Origin: Haplodiscus bocki
Lineage: Eukaryota
Reading direction: 5' to 3'
Length of the DNA: 64,000 nucleotides
Assembly: GCA_965655095.1 (NCBI GenBank)
Contig: OZ296649.1
Coordinates: forward strand, 44,144,001 to 44,208,000
The position numbers and the translations under genes were made by a program. The notes under the pieces are model-generated. The model did not search any database, was not told the DNA's origin, and saw only the letters and a program-made list of their open reading frames with translations. Positions 41,401 through 53,400 of the stretch are shown here, piece by piece (position 1 is the first letter of the stretch; every line of letters begins with the position of its first letter).

Positions 41401-44400
41401 CTAAGAATCTAATTGTTCAACATCTTCCTGTTAAAGAACGAGTAAATAAAATGGAAATTAATCGTATGAGAAATGGTTATATTATTGAAACTTTAACATC
41501 TGTAGATATTCAAGAAATTGTTAAGATTGGAGGTAAAGTAATAGAAATTTATGGAGGTGATATTTATCGTGAAAACTTTAAAGTGTCTCCAATTGAAAAA
41601 CTAATCGATAAATTATTTGAACATCGACAAAAAAATAAGGATGAAAATAACGATGTTATGCAATTATTAGTTAAATTAATTATGAACAATTTATGAGGTG
41701 AACAAATTAGAAAAGATATTGAAGAAAGTTATCAATGTAAATCTGAGATGTGGATGATGACAGAACATGATTTTTAGATTATCAGAAAATCAACTATGGA
41801 AATTATATTGTAAAAATGAAAGATGATGAAGGCTTGCAAGATGAAGTTTAAAAAGTCAACACAATGATATTACACTTGGGTGCTTTCGTATTATCAAACA
41901 GTAACTGAACTATGAATAATTTTGTACACGCGATTGATGGATTTTATACAAACGATGTCTATTATACAGTTACTGACTCATTATACATTGAAAACAAACG
42001 TTGGGATAAATTAGACAAGGCCGGACTAGTTGAAAAGAATAGATTACAAGGTAAGAACGATTATAAAGAAAGAGGTATATGGTATGGTCTTTTCTTAGCT
42101 CCAAAAATAAAATATTGTTTAATTATAAATAAATATGGTGTTATAGATGAGCACAAAACATTCAAAGGATTTACAAATGTGAGTGATAATTTAGATAGAA
42201 AAGAATATTTTAATATGGCCGATGGAGGTAAACTAATAGCAAAAGTACTATTAAGTTGGAAAAAATCATTTAGTCAAGGAGCTGTAATTCCACATAACAT
42301 GAGAAATTGTGTTGATTGTAAGAAAGACATTCTTTGTGGTTACCTGCGATAAATTAGTAAATCAGAGAAAAAAATTCTCAGCTAATCTGAATGAAGTGAA
42401 AAGACAACCTTCTAATGAATTTGGTCATATGCTTCCTAAGTAAATTTGCTAACTTATAAATGGTGGTAACAGTAAAGGAATACTTCGAAAAGACTAGACA
42501 TGTTAAAAACAACGACAAATTTAAAAAAATGTATTCTACGAGGAGAAAGAAATGTAAGATATTACGAAAAAATTCTATCAAATACAAAGAAAACTTATAA
42601 GTTTTCTTAAAAGAACAATTTCATTTTCATTTCATCGAGCTAGTACATTTACCCGAACATTTGATCGGGATTTTGTTCGGGGGGAATACAATGACCTAAA
42701 ATTTTGCAGACTTCTTCTGTTGTTGTGGAGAGGAAAAATGATCATGAATTTTTTATTACACAGCTGGAAAAAATAAAATGTGTATGAATTTTTTATTAGT
42801 GGAGAGAAAAAAATTGATGAAGAAATTTTTATTAGTGTCGAGTAAAAAAGGCGAGGCGTAGCCGAGCAATAATATAAGCGAGAGGCTGACTGGAAGGAAG
42901 CCGGTGAGAGAGCAAAGCGAACGAGCGAGCGGCTATATTGTCGGATATTATCAGTGGGACGAGCAATAGCGAGGAGCTACTGGTATTATCCGCAATATAC
43001 TATATTATTAATGTTTGACATAATGGCTTAATTGTTAAATTTATTTCATGGCGACTATGCCATGATCATATCCTGTTTCATTACAACATGACAAATACTC
43101 CATGATATAGAGATGACCATGTCAGGGTGAGCGTGAAACACTATGTTCATGCCATGGCGTAGTATGATTGTCATGTTTGACTATGGTTGTCAACCCTGGT
43201 ATTCCTTCGTCTAGCTGCACATATTTTAAGTGAAGCAATATGAAGGAATACACAGGTTGGCAACCATGGTCATACATGACAACCATACTATCTCATGTGT
43301 TATTTCGGTATTTGATTTTCAATTTGGTTCTGGTCGGTTTAAGAGTAAAATAAATAATTTTGGTCGCTTTTCGGTATATCGACGGGCACTAGTTTGAACC
43401 CGTTATCTATCTTGCGCCACTCTCTCAAGTGATTGCATTTTCTTCCCCTAAGCACCGCCTTTTTGTTTTTCTCCCGGCAGTATAATCTATTACATTACTA
43501 TTGGCTGAAACAATTCTGTCCTGTCGGGTTTCCAAATGAAGTTGTCTTTTATCTTTTGAATAGCTTTGTTAAACTATACGCAGATGGCTTTGTCGATGTA
43601 GTAAAGCTTCCCGCATCCTCTCAGTTGAACACAGAATGCTGCCGTGAAGAAAAAAGTTTTCAATAGCATCCAGTCTTTACCCAACAAAATTAAAATCCAT
43701 TTGAAGTCTATGCAACTTCTTACTTCTGAAAGGAAAAAATGATTGGCTTACTCACTGAAGCTTTTTTACGAATGAAGAAATATTTTCCAAAAGCCGCGTT
43801 CTTTAGTCGACATTTTTTTCCGTATAAAATCTCACTTCTATGTCAGTCACTATTGTTTCTAGCCAGCACTTTACAATTAAGTAGAAATGCTCGGCTAATA
43901 AAGGCTGTTTTTCACCGTGTGTTCGATGAAAATAAAGAGACAGCACATAACTGAAGAGTAGATCAAATAGAAGCAAGCATACTACTATACAGGTCGTGAA
44001 CGAGAAGGAAACGTCCATATGTACGAAAAAAATTCGGGACTTTGGAACAAAATTTGTTCGTGATACTCACTCAAAAATACCAAAAAAATTTCGGCCAAGG
44101 CATATACCGAAGATATTTGGACTAAGGACTTTCTCAGACAGTATATATCGTACCAAACAGTCTCTGTACTAAATTTTCAAGTTTTCATTAAATTTTTACA
44201 TACATTTCAAAGAATTGTGAGAAATTTTTTGCAAGAAAGATAAATAAGATTATGCCAATTTTTTTGAGGAAAAAGCTACGATATTTCTTTTTAAAAAGGA
44301 TCTCTATGGATGATTTGAGCCTTATGAGCGTCATCGACTTGAATTGCCCGGGTTTTTTTTCTCGTAGGCAATGAATTGATCAAAATTTTAGGCACCGGAA

Positions 44401-47400
44401 TTTTATATCAATCTTCCCAAAACAGGAAGAGTACAGGCCTGGAATACGAACACTATCTTCTTTATCATTGGATGACGTTTGAACTTTCGGTTCAAAGAAA
44501 TTTCTTGATCAACCCGCTTTCCATATCTCGGAAAACTTTCCTAAAGTAAAAACGATTAATGTTTGTGACACCTCGCTTTTATATACCGAAATATTTTGCA
44601 ACTGTCGTGTTTCGTGTATCCGAGACACGCCAAACATACACCCAAGCCTTTTGAGAGAAGCAATTTTTTCAGAAAGCAAAAGGCTACTCAAAAAAGCCTT
44701 TACCCTAAGGGCGGCAATGACTTGGTTTAAGAGCCGATCTTGACTTTCCGTTTTTGAAAACCTGCGACTAGTGTTTTTGCCAAGACTGAGTAAGCTCATG
44801 AAACTTACACGTATACTTGGGAAAAAAATTATGCCGCAAAATGACGTAAAAAACAAAAGTTTTGTTATCATGAAAACATTTTCATTCATCCCACAGATTA
44901 TCCCAAAAAAGTTCGGACATTTTTCAGCATAATTCAGCGCAGTTTCAAAAAACAACATTTTTACCAACTCCTATCGGTGCTGTTTTAATACTGTTCGGTG
45001 CTGATTTTTTAAATTACTAAAAACTTTCAAAGCCGAAGATCTCCGATTCAACACTGGTCAGCTGTAATAGTATTTAACCTAAAGAGAGATATGAAAGCTT
45101 CAACATAAACAGAATACAGACAAAAACTGAAGTTCATTTCATTGATTTGCAGAAAAATCCAAAACTCATAAAATTCATAAAATTTCTTCCTTTTGGGCTA
45201 GAAATGCCAAGAATTTCCGAAAGCTTATTAGTACCGGAACTTCCCTGAATTTTTTAAAATATCTTTGGCTTTTGGCAAAAGATTGAACAACTAAGCATTT
45301 TCATTGTTCATTTTTTTCGCAGTGTTGGCTGCAGACCTTTTTTTGCTTTCAAATTGAGGTAACTCAAATTTAATAAGAAGCGTTGCCTTTTCAAACAGAT
45401 AATCAAACAGGAAATAATCAAAAAACATTTTCTAAAAATTTTAATAAAAGTTTATATTTTTCGAAAAATGCTTGAATCATTGGTATCACCAACCTTTGCT
45501 ATTTGCGTTGGCTGACGTATGATATATTGGTGCGTGTTAACTTGAACTGCCAAAGTGCTATTACGTAACGCCAGTACCATATTATCTAATATGTTTGGGA
45601 TTTAAAAGGAGAAATGTTGTTTACGGTGAGAGGTTATCCATTAAAAAATTTAGTACTGTAAAAAATGGGCTTTTTAATAAAAATTACTAAGTCGTTGACT
45701 ACAGATGAAAAAATTCATTTAAGCAAGTGCTATTTTCTTGCTTTTGTAGGTTGGTTTTTGAGTTTTAAAAAAGCGCTGAATCAGCACCTTTTAGAGATTT
45801 TTAGATAATTTATAGTGCTGAGCTGAAACAGCACTGTTCATTGCTGACAAATCCTGGATAGAGCTGATCAGCAAAGAATTTTTCAAAGACTTGAACCTCT
45901 GACACTGCAACTCTAGTAAAATTTTGACTTTACTCGCTGGAACTGCAAAAATAAATCGACAAAAATCTTTCGACACCCTTTCGGTTCAACCACTTGATGT
46001 TAATTTCACAAATAACAATTCCTTCAGTGTCATATTTTTAGGTCGATGAGTATTTTTAGATCAGTCCTTACCTGGGCCCACTGCAGATTTCCCTGGGGAA
46101 GATGCTGATTGACATAGCCAAATTTATGCTCATTTTCTTCCTTGTAATGATATCTTTCACCTGCGGCATCAGTCAACTGTATGAACGCTACGACACACCC
46201 CCCGTGAAAATCGAGGTCGGCGAAAAATGTGGAAAACCGGAATTCCAATATCAACAAAACTATCCTTACTATGTCGAGTAAGTGCACGCTTCAATTGCGT
46301 CTTCACTATCTGCAACTTTTCCTCTTTTTAGAACCTCCCTTTCAATTGAGGAACGCCCACTGTGGACATGAGGTCAAAAAGGGAAGGTTCATTTGGGAGT
46401 AGGGAGATTTTTGAGCTGATAAGTGAGTCCCAGTGTTTATGCTTTTTAAGGAAAATAACGTGAGGGTGTACAACCATTTATGATGCGTATTTACGGTATC
46501 CCGGAAAATTAATCCGTCGGACAGAATGTCGTCAATACTGTTACTTGGGAAAATCAATAACGGAAAAACCGATTTGATTAAAGTAGTATTGGATTTTTTG
46601 CTAAGCCGGACTGGCGCCATTAAATTGTGTATTTTAGCATGCTCAATGAAAATTTTGAAGGTAAATTGGGTTTCACTAACAAAGTGTTTTGAAGCAAATT
46701 CGAAGGTCAACTAAATTAGTTTTACTTCTGAAATCAGTTTGAAAATCGCGAATTGGTTTTTCCATTCCATTCATGGTTATGTGACGCTTTCGTGATTATA
46801 GTAAGACCTGGACATTAGCATGGAAAGTGTTCTATATAAGTTCATTCTTGAACCTTTGTTCAAACCTTTGAAGTACCTCATACTGATTCTTCGCCGTCAA
46901 AAATATATTACTTTAGAAATTTTTCCTTGGAAATGAAAACAATGAAATTGTTCATACTTACTGACACTTCTGTTTTTCCTTTCAGTGCGGGAAAGGCGGG
47001 GGTGAATTTGTTCTTCGCGCTATTTGGACTGAACCCGGATGGTATCAAAGGCTTTGAGCTTAACATCGAGAACCAACACCACTTCGTGTATGCCACTGGA
47101 CTGTTCCTGTTTGCCTCCTACTGCATAGCCTCTGCTCTCGTCCTCATCAACATGCTCATTGCCATGATGAGTCAATCCTATCAGGTCATCGAGGTCAGTT
47201 CACTTACAACTCTACTTACGACTGTTATACCTTCAAATCAATCGAAGCTTAAAAGGGACTATGTATCTGTCAAATTCTAAGTTAACTTGGTTTACTAGGT
47301 ACGGATTTGTTTTTATCCAAAATGATGGGGCTTGAATATAGATAAAGTAACAAATGAGTAGGCAACTGTACGCTGAGAAGTTTTAACGATTAATATTTAT

Positions 47401-50400
47401 CTTTTTGACCTCTAGCGGTCTACTCATTTGGTAGGTTGCTTATATAAAATTTGGATAGACTGTTTGTTGTCTATCACAACGAATTGTTGTCATTCTACGC
47501 CTAATTTATGACATGACAGGTATTCCATTCTAAGGATAGGAACTGAACGCGATGGTTCATGAAGTATTTGACTAAATGTATCCTTACCGAGATCGTAGTT
47601 CTAATGATTGAGCTGGATTCAAAGTATAACACAAACCAACAAAACATTAACCAAAAGTATTAATGTTCAACAACAAGTTTCTGAAAATACTTTTCTTCGG
47701 TTCGATTATGCTACGGTTACGTAACCGAATTAACGGTTTGCACAGTACAACAACCAGACCGCGAAAATCTGCTGCGAGCAGAAAACAGCAGAATTAGCAG
47801 AATTTACAATTCAGAGCAGATTAAGAAAAATGGAAAATTTCCTGTAAATGCTCTGATTTTAACAAAAGAATCAAAGAAAGTCTTGTTTTCCCATAAAACG
47901 AAAGAATATGTGACTCAAAAATCTTGAAGTACAGTGAAACAGTACACGAAAAATCCAAGAATAACGAGCTCAAAAATAGCCAAAATAGTTCATGATTCGA
48001 TAATTTTTGGTCGAAGAGCATATTTTTGATTTGAAAAGAATAAATTCAATATTGTTCCAAAGAAATTTCCGAAAAGCAAAAAAAAACAGATTTCATTTAG
48101 AGTGGCAGCAAAATTTCGGTTTGAGAGCAGCATATTTTCGCGGTGTTTGATTACAGCAGAAAAATCATTTTTTCACCTCGTTCCTTCTATAACGCAAACT
48201 TGCAAAAAATACGATTTGAGATTCAGCGGATAGTTAGAACTTAACTAAGTTTTAGTTATTTCGCTTTCCAAAAGGTTGTATAATTCCCCGGGTTGGCGTC
48301 TCAGAGACATTTAGCGCTGATCAGCTCTAATTCACACCAATTTCAGGTCTGTTTCAGCGCTGTTCATTACATGAAAATCTTTGAACAGCGCTGATTTTCT
48401 TTGAAACAGCGATGAACAGTGCTGATTTTTGACGAATTCAGAATGACAATTTTTGGTTCATTACAAGAAGTTAACTAGCTAAATTTTGGTGTTCAATCTT
48501 CTAATGGGCCAAAAATATAACTAGAACTCGAACGTTCGGGTTTTCTGTTCCTGCTCAAGTAACAGAATTAATATGGTTGAGTTTTTCGAAAACATTTTTC
48601 CGTTTTGTCAGATAAATTTTCAAGATTATTTCAAAAAATTGTGTTTTTGCTGGTATTTTACAGAAAAATCGGGGAATTTTTTACTTTTTCTGAATACGAG
48701 CAATGCGATTTTACTGACCACTTCAAGCGTTTTCATTACTTCTGAATACGTTATCTCACTTTCATATTCCTATCTACATGTGTTAATGTCAGAGCTAATT
48801 CAGAGTAAATCAGCGCTGAGTCAGCGCTGTTCAGCGCTGAAAATCCAATGTTTCAGAGCTAAAAAAAACAGCGCTGAACAGTGCTGATTCAGAACTGTTT
48901 CTCTCTGAAACAGCGCTGTTCAACTCTGAAACAGCGCTGAAAACTTTCAAACCTATGAAACAGCGCTGTTCAGCGCTGATTATCTCTGGGACTTCAACCC
49001 GGGTCTGAAAGTAATGAAAAACTTCGGTTTAAATATAAATTTGGCAGGCATTTAAACAAGACGGCCGACTGGCACCGGCATATTTTCTGCCCAAATACAA
49101 TTATTTTGATCAACCTTCGCAAACAGTTAAAAGCGAGACTATTGTTTGAAATCCAGTTTTGGAATGTTTTCTACAAACATCAATTCCACCACTGATTTCT
49201 ATAGTTTATGGAAAAAAGGGGGGTATTATGAGTTTTCGTTCAAACTTTTTTGTTTCACAGTACCGAAAAATTTCGTGGGGGAACCATTCAATGCTTCAAA
49301 AAAGTTCGGGTGTTGAAAAATTTCATGCACAGGATAGGGGTCATCATGGTTTTGTCGAAAATTTTTTGTCTCACAGGACCGAAAATCTTCGTAAGGGGTC
49401 CCTTCTGTGTTTCGGAAATTTTCTGGTACAGAAAAAATTTATGGGCAAGAGTGGGGGGGGGTGTTATCACTATTCTCCGTTGAAATTTTTTTGTCTTACA
49501 GTACCGAAAAATTTCGTGGGGGAACCCATCCTGGTTTCAGAAAAATTCTGGTCTCGAAACTTATTAATAAAGTTTAAAAATGTTTGTGAAGGCTGGGATT
49601 CGAGCCCGTACCTACCACTTCTGAACCATGTTGTCATACCCACTGTTACATGGGAACAATTGCAACTTCCGACAAATGTCAGTGAAATCGTAAAAATATC
49701 TGACTCGGCAGAGATTTGAACCCGAACCTTGTTGTCCTAACCCCACTGCTGGCATTTATTTTGAATAAAGAGTTGGCAATTTTGTACTGAAAAAAAACGA
49801 CCCTAGTGAATGAACAATTTTTCTTGCATATTACATATGCGGCAAAAAATAACAAGACACCCACCTACCATAGGGATATTTTGCGCCCTCCAACTTTGTT
49901 AAAGATGCCTTTTAGAAGGATGAAAGCGTTTTGTTTTCAAAATATTCTGTTTCTTCATCATATTTTCTATTTTTTCCAAATTTATATTTTTTCTGATTTT
50001 CAGCCAAAAAAATCTCAAAAATGAGGTGGAAACACATTTTAAGAAAAAATACCATTTGCGGCGCATTCTAGAAAAAAGTTACCACATTTAGCGATTTTGA
50101 AAAAATTTAAGGTTTTAGAAAAAACCCATCTATTTTTCCAAAAACCCCAAATTTCGAATGTTTTGAGAAATCTTACAATTTCAGTCGCATTCTACGGGAA
50201 GTTTGCTACAATTAGGTGAAAAAAATTCACGTTCAAAAACGTGAACAAACGAACAAATTGCCGATGTGGCGTGAACGCAATTGGCAAACATCGGGTTTAA
50301 AAAACGTCGGATTTGACCCATTTGAGCGGATTATTTTGCTTCCATAATATATAATAATATGGCGCAAAATAATAAATGTCAATGATCATTTAGCTCGAGC

Positions 50401-53400
50401 TTTACTGTTTAATGAGACGTTTCTCAGCCGTCAGTTGAATGCGATGTACGCAATATCTACGTACTGTTGAAGAAATAATGTTTTCATTTTTCCTTCACGA
50501 AGATTAGAAATGTCATAGAATACTAAAAATTATTCTAGCTTAACCTATAGCTACTGACGGGCCAATTTTATCATTTCTTGTTGTAGAGCAATGCAGATCT
50601 AGAATGGAAGTTTGCAAGGACCAAACTATGGATGAGTTATTATGGAGAGGGAAGCACATTGCCACCGCCATTCAACCTACTGCCAACCCCCAAATGGGCA
50701 TTCAGGATTTTCAAGTCTCTTCTTCTTCACTTCCGCAGCTCCTCAAGACGACCTCAGAACTCCAATATAAAACTCGAAGATGAAATCGAAGGAGAATGCG
50801 TTAGTATCACTGACACCGGATATGGTTTCAGACACTTCCAAATATATTACTTTCAATTTTACGAGCATCAAAGTTTTCTCGACTAAATCAGAAAACGTTT
50901 ATCGCGTTTATTGCTAGTTTTTGCTGACTTGTTGTTGAAAAATCACTCTGTTTTCCAAACCAATAATTCTCCGAGACGAGAAACCCGCGTGTTGTTTCAG
51001 GGAAGTCGCCCGGTTAAACAACCGAGTAGTGATGAGAGCACTTGTAGCAGCATTCTCAATCCACCTGCCAACTCTCATTATCAAGTTAGCAAGAAACTCG
51101 TTTCATGTTGTCTCAAAATTGACGTCAGAAACGGAGTACTCGAGTAGGATCGAAAACTTCTGGAATCAGGTGTACCGATTGCGTAAATACTATTTCCTAA
51201 ACAGAAAACCTCTAATTTACTTCTAATACTTTCCTTCTTTTCAGTGTTAGTCTAAAAACATTTTTGAAAATTTCATAGCCGGACCTCATTGGCCATTATC
51301 TAGTCGTTTACATAACTTTACAATTTGTCAATTTGTGATGCAGATACCTTGGGTCACCGTGTTCATATGTGATGTCAAGTCTGTGAGGCGCCGATTTTTC
51401 TTTTACAAAGTCATTGCATGATTCTCTTGTTTTCTTGGGCGATTTTTACCGCACGCTTATCACTGAACCCTTAGTGTTTGTTTTTTCTTTGCTTCAGATT
51501 CGTGGCAGCAGAAGATTCCGAAATTGTTATAACAATTATATAAATGTTTTCGAACTCACATTTCTCCACAACTACGAGCTTGATTTTTTCCATCAAACGC
51601 CCAAGCAACACTTCTTTACTTAAGGAGGCCAAATGAACAGAAAAATGAGGGATCTCGATTCTGCTCGTTCAAATGTGGCATAACATTTTTGACATTTCCT
51701 TTCCAACAAATTCTTTTTTTCTCCATAACTTTTTGCTTAAATTCTACCATCAAGGTTGCAAAGATAGCTTTTTGTTTGTAGAAGTGTCTTCGAGTTGAAT
51801 TTCCATGTTTTTTGCACAATCAACAGATTTTTCATGATGGGCTAAAAATGCTGAATATTGCAACTGTTTTTGTTGATTTGTCGATATTCAAACTCAGCAT
51901 CTTCCGTAGCTCTTCTGCGATACAACACTGCTTCCGCAAGTGTATGAAATTTTTATCATGAAACACTTATAACGGAAGTTTACAAATTGAAGACTCAATT
52001 AAGAAAATAGTGGCGTGAAGTCTTCCGACAAAGTCTTAATCGGAAACCGCTTGTTATGTGTTCGATCAATCATTTTTATACACCTTTGACGGATAACATC
52101 GCAGTGTGACCGCGTCTTGACTCAGACTTGACGCTCAGTATTTTTGTCAATAAAGCTTGGGAGTTATTGTTTTCCTTCCATATTTTATAAGCGGTAGGAA
52201 AATGATCCAATCAAGTTTTTTACACGAAATCTTCCAAGATTACGATAAACAAAATTGCGTGCTTCAAGTTTTAATTTCGTGAAGTCTTTCAAAATTAAAT
52301 TAGAATGTGTTTAATAACGTAGATTTTCTCGAAAGTTAGGATTTTTTGCTCAAATTTTGTTTTTTTTTCTCCACAAAAAGTACGAAATAAAACTAAAATT
52401 GTCGAGTTTTTTAAAACCATTTTTGCTTTTTTTTCTGAAATTCTTCAATCGCTCTAAAGTTTTTCAAAGTTTCCCAATTGTTTCGGCAGGTAGAAATTAT
52501 CCTGGAGGCTGGCAGGCGTCTTGTATTACTGTTTGCCTAAATTATATTTGGTGAACCAGCGATCTACCCTGTTATTTACATTTGCTAACTCTATGTTTTA
52601 CATGTACATGTACATATGAATGACGTCAGCTAATACTGGATCTAAAACTTCAAAAAATCTTTACATTCTTCGACATTCGTATCTTCTTGTTAGCTATACT
52701 TTTAAATTTGTCTGATATATTGTAATTTCCCTATAATAAAAAAGAACATCAAAAAATAACCCCAATGAATGCATATATTGCTTCTTGATTACTGAAAACA
52801 CAAAGGCTGCTATGGTGAACTAAATAATTTCTCAGGTTACATTTCAAAATGTGGAAGTACAAAGACTCCTTTCTTGTCCTCATCATTTTTGGTGACTTTC
52901 TCTGAAATTACAGGAAAAATGCCGCTTTGGCCGTACAGTATAGCATCATTCTGTTTATCAAAAAAAAAAGAATAGTTGAATTTTTATTTTTTGTTTGGCA
53001 GGATGTCATGCAGCGTCTTGTGAACAGGTATATACATGAATACAAGCAATCAAAGAAACAGAAAGGTGTGAACGAAGATGACTTGAATGAAATCAAAATG
53101 GATATTTCCAGTCTCAGGTTTTTATCTATTTATTTTTACCATTTTTTCCATACGTCATCATTGTATTCTTACCACAACCACGTGAACACATTTGGTTTTC
53201 ACTTTCGTCTCAAAACATTTTGCCAGCTGCTATACTGAAAAGAGATATTTATGACGCCAAATTTACATAGCTGCGCCTTTCAACAAGCTTTTCTCCCGGA
53301 AGTCGGATTTGCCGCGCTGAACAAAATAATTTTCCCCCCGTTGTAATTAAATATTCCCCGAGATTGAGTTTTTTAGAAGTTGATGGTCAGCGATATTTTT

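Larger units (their letters stand above)
25227..43009 (+). mobile_element. Full-length endogenous Polinton/Maverick (polintovirus-type dsDNA virus), decayed
   Basis: ~560-bp TIRs at both ends; identical flanking hexamer AATGTT (25221-25226 and 43010-43015); PolB, rve integrase, ATPase, protease and two capsid genes; abrupt shift to very AT-rich, gene-dense, intronless sequence. Confidence 0.97.

Noticed and set aside
25227-43009. Prophage, bacterial contaminant or giant-virus fragment
   Set aside because: TIRs, a perfect 6-bp TSD and the rve integrase/pPolB/adenain set indicate a Polinton integrated between in-phase host exons.
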